A DNA stretch of 64,000 nt, from contig NC_087438.1 in the NCBI RefSeq assembly GCF_036321535.1, positions 13,518,001 to 13,582,000 on the forward strand, in the 5' to 3' direction. The notes below the pieces were generated by a model. The model was not told the origin of the DNA. It worked only from the letters and a program-made list of their open reading frames with translations, and searched no databases. Position numbers and translations under genes: made by a program. This document shows, one piece after another, positions 50,785 to 64,000 of the stretch (the stretch's first letter is position 1; each line of letters starts with the position of its first letter). The DNA comes from Camelus dromedarius. Lineage: Eukaryota.

Positions 50785-52049
50785 CTAAGTAGCTTTTTGA
50801 TAAAAGTTATTTGTGTAGATAATAATACTAGTAATAATAATTATAAGTACAATTATAACTCATAGTATCAGTTTATGAAGCTAATAAACAATGTAACTAG
50901 GATCCTACCTTAAGTTCCCAAATCCATGGCTAATAGTGTTTTTGTTTTAACACATCGATTGTCTTCAAATCACTGATTTTCCAAATGACCACAATTAATT
51001 TATTCTACTTGTATGACAATTTCCATCTTAGGTTTGCTTAAAAAAAGATATTTCTGATAAGATTCATCAACAATATTTTTAGCCATTTCATCATAATTTC
51101 TCTAGTTTTTTTTTTTTTCCCAATACTCACATGTAAATTACTTTAGTCAAATATGTAGAGGTTAGTTTAATATCCCCTTGAATGTTTTAGGGGATTTTTA
51201 GAAACTACATTGTGGATCCTTGCAGAAGATATTTATTATCATCTTGATACAGTAAAGTATTCTACTCACTTTTATAATTTTCTGGTCTAGAAAAATTTTT
51301 AAATTGTTATTTATGAGAAAAGTATTATAAAATATTTTATGTATATAAAAATATATAATAATATTGAAATCAATATTTTGAAAATAAGTATTTACAAAAT
51401 CTAAAGAAATAACATTACATTGCAATTGAAGCCCAATCTACACCATATTAGGTTTACAGGTCATAAGATTCCCAATCAGGTAGCAAAGAATCATAATATA
51501 CTGCTTTTTAATTTTTCTGTATTTAAGAAAATATATTACTATATGTTTTTGTACCTTCCAAACACACAAATTCTTGTCTAATTTAATCTTTCATCAGTTA
51601 GAAATGACAAATGTTTATAACTGTAGACATTTTAGGCGTCTCCTGATGTTCTTTCATTCTTGTTTTATTAATTTTTTTGCGAGCTCATCTTTTGAGCCAT
51701 GACAATCAATAACAACCAATGCACACTAGTCATATTCAGGTATCTACATGAGTTGCCTAAAGGAGGATTCATGTGGTGTATCACATGTCTTCCGCATTAC
51801 GGTAGCCATATTTTGCCAAAGGTTTCACTACTCTACAAGTGATTATCTTTTCAACTTGTACTGCTCATTGCTGGATTGGTGCAGCCAATCTGCACATCCA
51901 ATTGCCAATTTCTTTTACTATAGTTAAAATAACAAAAACCTTAAAATAATTTAAAAGAAGTATTTCTTTTAATGGGACCAGATGGACTCAGTAAGAAAAA
52001 ACACAAATATTTGAAAAATAATGCCACTTTCTTACCACAACAAAATTTG

Positions 52050-53350
52050 TGTTTAACAGTCTTTTTTAAAAACTTGGCTTTGACTGTTGATTTTTAAAAA
52101 TATTTTTTCTTTTCCATTTTTCTAATTTCTGCTCTTTATATGACCTTTTTTTGAAAAAAATACATTTTGTTTGTTTAATTTCTTCAGTATCAACAATCAT
52201 TTTCTAATTTAATTATTTTTTCTAATTCACATGGGCTGTAAGTTTTTAGTTCTCTTTGTGTTACTGGTACCTAAGTTAATCTTATTGAATAGAGGTCAAC
52301 TGTATGACGCCAGGGATTCAGTTTTTGTTGTAATACATCTTATCATCTAAGAAATGGCCAATCTTTGTAATTTTTTCATGTAAACTTGAGAAGAATCTAT
52401 GTTTTGTAAGTTTTGAGTGCATAGCTTTTCTATTTCCTACTGATAATTTTTCAAATATTTTCTGATCTTACAAATATTGCAAAATTTGTGTCTGTCCATT
52501 ATGAGAGGTTTTTAAGTTTCTCTTTTGTCATGAGATGGATTTGTCAATTTCTCCATTTTTAATTTTGCTTTCTAAATTCTTATCACATTTATTTAATGCA
52601 ATATTAGAATGAAACCACTTGGTGAATTGTAGTTTTTATAATTATAGTTATGTTTAACATCCTAGATAATAAAATTTGCCTCAAAACGTATATTCTTGGT
52701 TATTCTTATCTCTCAACTTTATTTTGATTTAAATTATACATTAAATATTGATCTTTATCTTTTTCATATTCATTGCATACTGTCAGCATTCTTTTCACAT
52801 TAATCTACCTGCTAACTTATTTTTTAATACATTGAATGTCTATTTGTAGCGATAGTATTTTTTATATGTAGAAGTAAAATTTGGCCCTTTAAAAGATAAT
52901 TTTCTTGTCTATATTAAGATGATCATGTTTCTTATTCCTATTTAAAATCTTTTACTTTTTAAGCATACATCATCTTATTTCTTCTACTTTCTATAACTTC
53001 ATTCTCTAGAACCCTAGCACTTATCTGTACTGGTGGTATTTCTGCAGACTCCTCTTTTTTCTTTTGCAATTTTATATTGTGATCTCATAATCAGTTGATC
53101 TTAGCAGAACTTGTAAAACTGAAGTTGACAGTTGACTACTCAGAGAGTATCACTTTTTTTTTTATGACAGATACTGGGGGTGCCACATACTCATGACTAC
53201 TTTCAGTTAACTATCCTTTTCTGAGTGTGAGGATAACAGTTGTTAGAAATTCAAAAATCAGATGTATTAGAAGGCAATTCTGGGATGAAAATTTCTCAGG
53301 GTGCCTCTTTGTTTTGCTCAGGTCTTGAAGAATTGTTTATTGTCACCCTG
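52050..53350 (-). mobile_element. Old L1 fragments
   Basis: 'aacttgagaagaatctatgttttg', 'ggatttgtcaatttctcc', 'ttggtgaattgtagtttttataattatag' resemble reverse L1 ORF2. Confidence 0.55.
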
Positions 53351-53361
53351 GTTTTTGCAGC

Positions 53362-53708
53362 CTATTTTTATAAATTAAAGTATAACTGACAGAATATTAT
53401 TTTAGTTTCATGTGTACAACATAGTGATTCGACATTTGTAACCATTGCAAAGTGATCACCACAATTAGTCTACTTACCTTGTCACCATGCAAAGTTAACA
53501 CAATATTATTGACGATATTCCCCACGCTGTGCATCACATCCCCATGACTGAATATTTTGTAACTGGTAAGTTTGTACCTATAAATCCATTTCACCCATTT
53601 TGTTCCTTGCCAACCCTTCTCCCTTCGCAGCTGCCTGTCTGTTCTGTACCTATGAGTCTGGGTTTTTGCTTTGTTTTGTTTATTTGTGTTGTTTTTTAGA
53701 TTCCACAT
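53362..53708 (-). mobile_element. L1MA9-like 3' end
   Basis: 'gtgtacaacatagtgattcgacattt', 'tcaccatgcaaagttaacacaatattattgac', 'ctggtaagtttgtacc', 'ttagattccacat'. Confidence 0.88.
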
Positions 53709-55959
53709 GGAAGCGAAAGCTTCCTCTGCCTTTGAACGCTATGCTTAATGATTGTCCTTTTAGCTCTGTCGCTCCTCTGGTCGATTTTTCCCCCCAAATA
53801 CTAACTTTGTTAAAGTCCTTGCCTCCCCTCATTCTCCTGGGCTAACCTTCAAAAACGCTGTCCTTTAATCTACTGAAACTAGCAAATACCTCTAGCCTTT
53901 CAACTTTTATTTTAGCTTGTAAGTCTGATTTCCATCCCCCTCTTTGTTTTTCAGTCTTGGTTGTTGCTTTTATTTTTAATATCAGGAAGTAATTTAAATA
54001 TTTTTGTATTTAACATGCTTTTCTACTTATGTAGTGAGAGGTTTAATTTTGTTTTGGTTTGGTTTTTAGGATACTGTTGTTCCAGAAACAGAACTTTCAC
54101 TATTAATTTCCTACCATAGAATATTGAAATAACTATAAAATATCAGAGTCAAAATGTCCTCAAAAGCAATTGGAATAAATTTTTGTTTAGTGCCAGAGTT
54201 CATCCTATAGTGCCTCTGCCAGATAATTATCTGTCATCACTTAGATACCATGAGAGACCTCCTATTCCATGGTGAGATATAAATCTTTCAATGTTTCAAT
54301 ATATTAAGGCTTAATTTTCATCCCATCAAGTTGTACCTTTAAACCTCCTATTGTCTTTTTTGGGTCCATATGAAGTTCCTTCAAATCTGAAGTCAACTTT
54401 CATGCCCACAATCCTTCTGGCAAAACATATAAACTTACATTTCCAATATAGTGAGCACCTAAGAGAAAGGAGAACAAATCACAAAAATGATGAGGCACGG
54501 TTTTGAACTTACCACCAAATTTTTCTTGGGGACCAGGGACAATCATAAAATTGTTCACTCGAAAAATACTGAAAAAAAGCAATACTCTGCATGCTAGAAT
54601 CATGTTTTAAACATTTTAAAAGCACTTTAAAATAGATCTTACAAAAGACAGCCATTTAAGAAAAGTACAATTAAAAAGAGCGTGTGACATATATTTCGCT
54701 AAGATAAGCAAGGCAAGGCTCAGATGGAGCAGTGAGACTGAGGATCTCCTTGAAAATGGATGTTCCCCAGGGAAAAATCCTATAGATAAAAATAAAGAAC
54801 TGTCAGTAGGAGACTCAGGACTGATCCTAATTGACATTTCAGAGCCCAGAAAAAGCTGATTTCTAGCATAATCTTAAGAAAGGCATAGAAACACAAAATA
54901 ACGCATGCATGTTTCTCTGGAGGGAAGAGAATAATAAAAGAAGGCTATGTCATTTAAACTATTTGTGTTATATACATTTAGATATTCATTATAAAATTAA
55001 TCCTGAGTGTAAAGGGGGCACAGATGACCAAAAAAAAAAAAAAAAAAACAAAAAAAAAACAAGGATCACATTTTAAAAGCTAAAGATTTCTATGATTTAA
55101 AAAGAAATAATATTCAGACTCAACCTTGCCAATGGATATTGATGGAGTATATGTTGGCTGTCCTTCAATGTCCTGCCCTTCGTTTCCCTAGGATCAATTT
55201 GCTTCAAAATAAATTTAAAAGATGGTTCACACACAGTATTTTAAAACATCTATCAAAATGTAAATTAAATTTTTCAGTTGTCTTATAAGCTGCTGAGTAT
55301 GGTACAGTAAATTCACAATGCTTTTGTCTTTTATCATCTCAGAGTACTTATTTCTATTGATTTACAAAAATATTTATAGAGAATGCTTTCTTCAAGCACC
55401 AGATGTATACTAAATTTTTCTCTCCTCCCCCTCTCCCCACACTGTATAACAAATATAAACTGTTCTATAGAATGGCAAACATTTTTTAAAGCACATTGTG
55501 AGAAAATAAACTCATAAACAATTTAGTGGATTAATCTGCAGCTTTATTCCCAGAGCATTTTTTTTAATTCAGCTTGTAATCAGAGAATATATGTCCCTTG
55601 GAATTAAACTTCTCTTTAATGACATCCACAAGATCTGAAATAATCTTCCAGTCTTCTCTTATTTAAATTGCTATAAAGGAATATAACATTGAAAATCAGT
55701 TTCATATTGAACTATTCATACTATAATGTAAATGAGACTTCATTGTTGCTGTAGACTATCTCCTAGCAACTGTATCTCTTTATTCTAATTCTCTGTTTTT
55801 TTCCCTTCTGGACTATATCAACATGGATTTATATATAATGTATCTGAATTTATCTACTTAGTATTTTTATTTATCAGTTGAACCAAATTACAGGTTGTTT
55901 TGATAGTCTATGTTCATTGCCAGCCTGTTTCCTTGTAAGTTGATAACAAGCAAGAACTT

Positions 55960-56160
55960 AGTAGTAGAGATTTCATGGTCATAAAGTTTGGGAAAATTTC
56001 ATTTCTACCTTGGAGATTCATAATTCATTTTTAATAAGGGCCCTTTCATATACATATACATTAAAACCTTGTTTAATCCAGTGTTTTCTGAATTTATTTG
56101 CAATGAAATGCAGATTGCTTAGTCCTCTACAATTTTTTGAGCAAACTTGGGAAATGTTGA
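55960..56160. mobile_element. Old hAT-Charlie MITE (MER112/MER113-like)
   Basis: 'taaagtttgggaaa...ttgtttaatccagtgttttctgaatttatttg...aaacttgggaaatgttg'. Confidence 0.4.
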
Positions 56161-56539
56161 CACATTGTAACTAATAAAAATGTATAAATTAAAGAAACTA
56201 ACCATTAAATTACTATATATGATGTATACAAATGTATGTGTATATATACATACACACATATATAAATGTAACTGTTTTAATTAATAGGTTATGAGTTAAT
56301 GCATATGTACAGTGGATTAAGGCAGCAGGAAAGAGAAGTGTATGCTTAGGAGGAGAAAGGAAGACTGAAAATATGGATCAATCCATAACTTGAGACCTTA
56401 TTTTAGCTAAAGTTTTTATGTAATTCATTTTCACATGAAAGACAATGTTCTATGATGAACATGCAATAGTAAAAATACACATGTATATTGAAAATAGGGT
56501 AACTTGAGTTTGTCTATCAAGCTGCATATAATTGATGCA

Positions 56540-56800
56540 GTACACAGAGAGAGAGTTGTTGAAGACACCTAACAAAGGACAATTCTTGGACAATGTTTTG
56601 GTAACAAAGGGCGTGATCAGGTTGAGGATGCAGGTGGAGGTTCTGGGAGGGAACTGTGAATATAGATTGACTTACACATCTGGTGGATGGGGACCTGAAG
56701 AAATTTTCATTTGAGCTTCCCTTTTCTCTGTGAATAAGGAGTTAAATTCATCTACTTCATTATGGAGGCAGGGAAGCGGCAACATGGCAGAGTTCTGAGG
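56540..56800 (-). mobile_element. L2 fragment
   Basis: 'gatcaggttgaggatgcaggtggagg', 'cttcccttttctctgtgaataaggagtt' resemble reverse L2. Confidence 0.4.
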
Positions 56801-57556
56801 AGCTTCTGGTAGATTTTACAATATTCCTGTGTATAACGAAGAAGTAAGCTGTCTGGAGAAGGAGAGCGAGCCCAGAGAGCAGAGATGGCCCAAGCAAGGT
56901 TTCCACCATGAATAATAAAGATCTTATTCCATCCCCTTGATTTTTTGGCTCCTGCTCTTAGCAGTTTTGGTGCAAACATATGCTTCTGTCACTTCCAAGG
57001 ATGGACTCTTTTGTGCCATGTTAGTGTTCCTGGTTTCTGTTTCTGATTTACCTATAAGATGCTGATCAAATTTGTTCTGTGAAGGAAAATAACTTCATAC
57101 TTAGAAATTGAGTCAAGTAAGTTATTTATAGAATTCTCCCACTTTTGAATCTTGATTAGGAAAATGTCTATTTCTTGAATAAGCATGCGTATTCTTAGTG
57201 GATAGATATAAATTTAAAAGTTTGTAGGCTTGAAATTCACTTCCCAGACCAGTTGTCTTTAAACTTGATGTAAAAAAGAAATTAGTCATTGGTAAAAATC
57301 TATCTGAGCAAGACCAGGAAGCATTTGAAGAAGTGACTATAATTCAAATATCATTCACGTCCACTATAAAGGTAGTCAACTGAAAGAAAGCTTCCTTTGA
57401 TCTTTAAAAGGTATCAGATAGCTTCAACTAGTCTTCACTTAAGCTATTTTGGTGTCAGTGGGCTTGGGGTCCAATAGCCTCCAGAATTTTCTTGAGGGTA
57501 ACACTTGGCTCCAATAACCTTGCAAAGTTACTTCCCAATAAAGCTGCTACCAATGT

Positions 57557-57745
57557 AGTTTTGCCAGATGAAATAGAGGATCCACAATTAAATTGGGATT
57601 TCAAATACATAATGAAATTTATTGTGTAAGTATGCCTTATATAGTATTTGAACCATACTTATGCTAAAAAAATGATGCACTGTTTATCTGAAATGCCAAT
57701 TTGACTGTCCTGTATTTTTATTTTGGTAAATTTGTGAACACTCTA
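57557..57745. mobile_element. MER53 palindromic hAT MITE, second copy
   Basis: 'tagttttgccagatgaaatagagga...taagtatg...catacttatgctaaaaaa...tgtttatctgaaat...tcctgtattttta'. Confidence 0.85.
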
Positions 57746-57859
57746 CCAGAGCCATGCTCATTATACTATAGATTATTTATAATTGGATTTCAGTAGATAA
57801 ACACATGTGCGGATTGTAACTGTTTATGTGAATCATCAGTTTACTCACTGTGGGGTCTA

Positions 57860-58295
57860 TGTAGCAAACCCTGTCAATACCCTGCCTACATTCCTTCAAC
57901 ATACCCCTCTGTGTGACAAAAGCTTTTGCCTCCAAATACCAACTCTGTCCACTAAAGGGCTTTTATACGTGACCATAGTAACCCTCTTAGTGCTGGGTAA
58001 GCCAGAGATGTGTGCGTTCGAGTGTGTGATAGTGTGTGTATGTTAGTGATGGCTCTGGAGAGAGCCCTTGATCAATGATGGACAGAGAGTTGGTAGACCA
58101 ATAACTCAGCCTCCCTGCTCCAGTTGTCTGTTGTGGCCTCTGTGCCTACTTGTGTTTTTCTCATCTTCTTTTACTGATCTCACTTACTCCCTACTGAAGT
58201 GATGCTCTCTGAAATTTCAAGAACAAATAACCTCATTCAAAGGTTTGCTCTCAAACCTTTATTTCAGGAATTCGTCTGTGAAAATCCAGACCATA
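57860..58295 (+). mobile_element. LTR16-like solo LTR
   Basis: TGTAGCAAACCCTGTC start, 'gatcaatgatggacagagagttggtagaccaataactcagcctccc', 'tctcacttactccctactg'. Confidence 0.7.
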
Positions 58296-58354
58296 TATAA
58301 TAATTTTTAAAAATCCTTAATATGGTTAGTTTTGAATTTCTCTACTGAGCAATC

Positions 58355-58555
58355 TTCCAGAATAATGGCTCCCATCTTGCCTAAGAGTTAAGACCTGGGA
58401 AACTTGTTAAAGATGAAGATTCCTGTTCTTGTGTTAGATTTCCTGAATTAAAACCACATGGGAGGGACTCAAACTCATGCATAAGATCCACTCCCCTCTC
58501 CAAATGACTTTTACGTGGTTAACCCAGCATCAGGATTTACAGCCACAGCTCTGAG
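58355..58555. mobile_element. MER5-family hAT MITE
   Basis: 'gacctgggaaacttgttaaagatgaagattcctg...ctgaattaaaacc...ccaaatgactttta...tttacagccacag'. Confidence 0.45.
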
Positions 58556-58644
58556 ACCTGTTCTCATTAGAATGAGAATCTCTATAAACCTCTATTGATC
58601 AGCTTATGCAGAAAGTAACCTAACACTGTTCTCAAGAACAGGAT

Positions 58645-58735
58645 AATAGCTTTGGCTCTGACACTTGCTGTGCAATCTTGTGTAAATGTATAATCTCTTT
58701 AGGGTTACATTTCCTTATCTATAAAATTTATACTG
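58645..58735 (+). mobile_element. MIR core fragment
   Basis: 'tggctctgacacttgctgtgcaatcttgtgtaaatgtataatctc...tttccttatctataaaat'. Confidence 0.6.
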
Positions 58736-60299
58736 TACTCATACCATGCAATATCCCTAAGTTACTATTGTAGTTAAACTGTTTTTATTCTCAACATTTT
58801 TCCTTCGTGTTATAATCATAGCTGAGTGGGTTTAAGTGACAGAGAAAAGTAAGAATGTAATTAACCATCCCCCCTTTCAGAAGGGACAATTTATGTCTGA
58901 AGGAATTTTATGTTAATCACAGATCAAATCTTAGAAAAAATTACCATCTATTTGGTTGTACTTTCTATTCTAAATTGTTCCTCAGTTCTGCCATGATTGT
59001 TTTCCTCTAAACCTTGGCCTTAAGATTTTTAGGTTTTATATATATATATTTACATATATTCATATTTATATACACACATATGTTGTGTGATGTGTGAGTT
59101 GATTACATTATTGAATTTCAAAAATTATGGCTAAGATTTTGCACATAAAATCATTAATTACAAGGCCTACTGACACCTTGTATTATTTGTAGTTTCACAC
59201 TTCTATTTGAAGCTAATCCTTTACTATGACATCTTCATCCTTATTAATATTGATTTATATTCAGACAGGATATCACAGTATTTTTTTAGTTGGTGTTTAC
59301 CTGCTTTTCTTATGCTTTTGCTTACAAGGTTAAAACCAGAGAAAACAGGTATTTCATATGCCTCATCCATTTAACAATTCTAACAGGCATTGCAGGAAAT
59401 GTGATCTCCTCTTTCAGCTTGAAAATTATTTTAGAAAATGATTAAATCTTTACTGCCAAATTCTTCCCCAGATGTGCATCATTGAAATTATCATTATCAA
59501 GGGAGCTCTATGTAATGTGCTTGCTTATTACAGAAGTACGTAAATCAGATTACAGGTGGAAGATTTTTAAATACTTCTATACTATAATTTATTACATAAA
59601 TTATGATTTTATTACGATTAATTTAAATATGACAGAGGTAGTACTTTACAATGTTTCAAGAGCAGTGAAAGAAAACAAATGTAACTTTTTTATGCTTGTT
59701 GAAAATACCTGAATTCTTTCAAAATTCAAAATTGTTAAAGAAGGATGAGTCCTTACCATCCATCCGATGTTAAAATTTTTAAAAAATTATAGAAATTAAA
59801 TAAACTATTTAAAAGCAGTTTTCTCCATTTTTTTTAACAGGTCTCTTAGGGATTTACATTCTTAAACAACATGCTACCCTTTTCAAAAAGAAAAATCCAT
59901 GACTTAAAGCATCAAACAAAAGATTAGAAAATACGATTCTTATTAATTCTGAGATTATTTCTTTTTTTCTCAGTTTTGTACATCACTTTGAAGTGCTGTG
60001 TGAGTGTAAGCTAATTTTGCGTATTATTATCAGCTGTGTGATTTTTGACTCCCACAGGGAAAAACTAAGAGCAAATTCATAAGGGACTAACGTAAGCTTA
60101 TGATTCTCTCTGGATGGCTCTAATATTCTGCACACATAAGAAGAGCAACTTCAGTTTCATGAGCTTTTCTGTGACTTTCTGACCTTAAGCATATCCTGTA
60201 AACCAGGGAATTCTGATTTGTGCCTTCTTTTGCCATCTGCCAACCCATGATACCATACCCCTCCAGCCCAACAGAGTATTAAATATTTCTTTTCTTAAG

Positions 60300-60440
60300 A
60301 AACACAAACGATTATTCTGTTACACAGATGGGAAAACTAAGGTCTAGGAAAGCTGAGTTGCCTCCTCAATGTTATAAAAAATATCAATTTTCAGAATTAA
60401 GGAAAGGATCAGGACTATGTACATCCTTTAATTATCAATC
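60300..60440 (-). mobile_element. MIR core fragment
   Basis: 'attattctgttacacagatgggaaaactaaggtctagga'. Confidence 0.55.
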
Positions 60441-61449
60441 TAATGTTGTCAGTAAAATAGAAGGGGTTCAAGATTTTATAAAGTCCTTTGAGAATAAAAG
60501 CTATTTAGGCAGTGTTGTGTGTTCATGTTTGTGCTCAGTAATAAATTCACTGTGAACTTTAGAAAACATATATTACAACATCATTTCCCAGGAAGCTGCT
60601 GAACAGAGCATAATGGTCCCTGAATTAGAATATAGATCACTTCCATTCAGTTCCTAACTCCTTTTTCATTAATAAAATAAACTTTGTAATTTGATAAAGC
60701 TCTATCAACACCACAAAGTGGCTACGCATATGAAAACAAACCATATGCTTGGAAATTTATGGAAAAGTTCAAATTATTCATTTATATTTTTATGTCAATT
60801 GCATTTAATTTCTTTTCTTTGTAGTTCTTTTGGCTTTGTGTTCGTCTCCTCTAATTAGATGTTGGGATGATACCAACTAAAGGCTCATTCCAATGCTGAG
60901 AGAAATGATCACTTTTCCTGTTGATACCAGATGAAGAACTCTTACAGCCCCACAAGAAAAAATTAATCATGCATCTTTCCTTTTGTTGCATCGTACATAT
61001 AAGTTAGTTAGGTCATTTCCAGTAACTCAACAGACACTACTCTTCATTACAGGCTTAATCAGAGAAGAAAGAAGAGAAGAACGAGCAGCTGAAGGGTTTG
61101 ATGGAGCATAAGTATGTCAGACTCTTCAACTCTGAAAACAGAGTCTTAGTCTGTGAACTTGACATTCTCAGGCATGTGTGAGTAAAGAACATGCAGTGAA
61201 ATTAAAAAATGGAGGAATAACTGCATTCTGTTAATTCTTATTTTGTGATTGGCTTTATTCCTTTGATAACTATGTAAGTTTAAATAGCTAAAGCTCTAAT
61301 CTGTCCTTAGAAACAATAATCAGTGTATATATATAAACTAAAAAAAAAAGTGCAGTATACTGTATATATGTATTTACATGCAATATAATGTATATGTGCA
61401 GTTGAACTGTAATAATTTTAGTAATAAAACTGAAAAAGGAAAAATAGAA

Positions 61450-61950
61450 AAAAGAAATTATAGTAACTATATAAGACACATAATTAAATAAACATAGATA
61501 TGTCCATGTGCATGGGTTGAGTCACTGTATTTTAAAGATATTAATTCTGCTTCAGTGATCTGTAGTTTCAATTCAATGTCAATCAAAATTACTTCATTTT
61601 TATTTTGTAAAATTTGACATCTTGATTCAAAAATGTATATGAAAGAAGATTTCTAATAAAACCAAAACACATTTAAATAAGTAAAAAGAAAACTGGTGGA
61701 ATAGGTATTTCTTAAAGCCGAAATGTGGAGTATTTTAAATAAAGAGTGTAAGTATGATTCCAAAATAAATTTAGGGAGGTAACATCCTAGAGAAGACTAT
61801 TTGATCTAATGGACACGAAGGAAGTGCCTTGACTAGTAAAGTGGAAAGAGGGATGGAAAAGAAAGAATCAAACCATCTAACACATGCATGAATATAGGAA
61901 TAAATGAATAAAGGAGTGCACAGTGGAAAAAAAGAAGAGATTTATTCTTT
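61450..61950 (+). mobile_element. Old L1 (L1ME-like) ORF2 fragment
   Basis: 'gatatgtccatgtgcatgggttg', 'ttcaattcaatgtcaatcaaaatt', 'tttgacatcttgattcaaaaatgtatatgaaa'. Confidence 0.6.
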
Positions 61951-64000
61951 CCTCTATCATATTATTAATTATCAGAAGGATTGTAAGCAGGACTGAGAAC
62001 TTTAAATAGTCAAGAGACCTGAGAATGTTCCCTAACACAGACTGATGTGTGTGAGAACATTGTGATGCATTTTTAAAAGTACAGAATTTTGGGGGCTCAT
62101 GTTTATCTAGTAATACTCTGATGTAACCCCAGGTTAAATCATACTCTCTCCTGTGGGCTTGAAAGAGAGATGAAAAGAAACAGTTTCACTTCAGCTCTCT
62201 AAGAAGAGTGGTTTGCATTTTGCTACTTTAGTATATGGTCTAATGAGGGGCTGGTAGAACAGAGAGAAATTTACTGCTAAATCCCTTTCATAAGTTTTGC
62301 TTTTTTGCTGCCCAGAATAAATATGATGAAGAGAGTCATACTCCAAGCTACACTACGCCAGAATTTCTTGTATTAGCAACAGGCTATAGATTACATTAAT
62401 TAATCTATACTGACCCGACAGAGAAGCAATAGAGCAATAATATCAAATAATAGTATTGTTATTATTATTATTTCTATAAAACGTGCTCATTGCACACATT
62501 AAATCACATTCTTTGAGTTAACTAATTGTGTGCAAATCACTTGTCCTTACCAGATTGACCAAGTGTAGCAATTACAAAAAACAAAAAAAAAGCAAAACAA
62601 AAAAGCAACTAGTGTTGTGCTCTAGTTCCTAGTCATCTGTAGTTCATTTCAACATCACATTTTAAGAATTCTCCTGAGAGAACATATTTTAACTAGTCCT
62701 ATGTATGTATGTGTGTGTGATTGCGTGTGTGTGTTAGTAAAGATAAAACTAAGGAATATCTCATTATCAATATTGCATATTCTGTACGATTAGAAAGGCT
62801 TGGACACATGGTGATTTTTCAAAAACCTGCTTCTAGAAAACCAAAGGATCTTTTTCCCTCACATAATAGTTTATGGTATTTTTAATGGATTGTAGTCAAT
62901 TAGCCTGATCTGACTTATTTTTATGTAAAAGTATTATGACTCATTAGTAGAAGTGGAAACATATAAAGTAACTAAATTCACAAAATTTCATTTAAGCCTT
63001 GCCTTTGGAGATAAAGTATTTCTAAGCCTGCATAAAATCGGCTTTATTTCAGTTTGTCTTAGATGCACAGCTAAAAGGAAATGCTTTGGCCTAAGACTTC
63101 AGTTTGAAACATTGTCCTCTTAGCCAACTATTCCATATTTGTAAAATATGAGATGAGAAATCACACCATAAACACTCTGAAGATTAAATGAGATGACTTA
63201 CTTATAGGATACGGTGGTGACACCTGATATTAAATTCCAAAAAATGAATAATTATTGTATGAAATATCTGAATATTAACTCAGGGGATTGAAGTTTGGGC
63301 TATTTTTATTAAATCTCTTTCACATTAGATTTTATGCAAATGCTAAAGATACTGAAGTATAAAAATGTTTCCACTGACCTTAGCAGGATTCTTGGCCCTT
63401 AAATATTCCTCCTCACTACTCTTGCTAAATCCAATTTGACCAACTAGCTGATGCTAAAACCACAGCCTTGGTCCATCAGAACCCATGCAAGGAATACCCG
63501 TGTTCTCTGTTCCTTTTGAAATCTGAACAGTTAAAACTGAGCTTTAACTGAGCTTCCCCCATCTAACATATAACTGCTTTGGGCTTTCTGAACTATCATT
63601 TGGCGCTCTCCTCATGCTGTAATATTTTTAATGAACGCTTGAATGATTGACTTCCACACGTGTTAATAAGTCCTCTTTTGTCACGTTTCCCAGGACAGCA
63701 TTCTTCTAACTATCCAGCTGTAAGTTTTCTGGGGTAACAAATTTGAGAAACTCAAGTTAAAACAGAGAGAGCCTAACTCCCTTAATGTATAGGAGGCCAA
63801 CCGTGGACTTCTTCTGAAAGATGCAGTGAGGAAAAGTGAATCTATCTATTACTCTAGATTTTAATGGATTGAAATTCCTTGACGCCTTAGTCATTCATTA
63901 TCTGAATGATAGAGACACCCTTCACATCCAGAGAGAGACACTGGTCTCTCTTTCTCTGCAATGGTTGTTCTCAGACATTAGCCTGCATCCAAATCAGCTG

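Noticed and set aside
59940..60010. Possible 26-nt exon (ttctcAG...GTGAGT)
   Set aside because: Not frame-preserving and without other support. Such patterns are expected by chance in 64 kb.
1..64000. CRISPR arrays, operons or prokaryotic-type systems
   Set aside because: There are no regularly spaced repeats and no long ORFs. The sequence is plainly mammalian repeat-rich DNA.

Overview
This is AT-rich, CpG-depleted mammalian non-coding DNA, intergenic or deep intronic, and dense in transposable elements. It is most likely camelid: there is a tRNA-Ala-derived SINE of the camelid Vic type at 50654-50784 and artiodactyl-type L1 3' tails. I find no credible intact protein-coding gene, rRNA, true tRNA or CRISPR array. 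The ORFs in the track are either spurious or decayed retroviral pol (for example 16932-17138 and 7400-7678). The most structured part is 3.8-22.3 kb, a stack of endogenous retroviral remnants: three class III (ERV-L-like) pol fragments, several LTRs, and a 4.45-kb class I provirus with both LTRs and a CTTT target-site duplication. The rest is L1, L2, MIR, MaLR LTRs and DNA-transposon MITEs (Tigger1-derived, MER5A, MER53). I did not find a new biological system. The most unusual items are structural: a CpG-rich LTR apparently flanked by both a PPT and a PBS, a split LTR16, a nested L1 tip, and miR-1302-like MER53 hairpins. Family names come from recalled consensus similarity, not a database search, and boundaries without a stated TSD or TIR are approximate.
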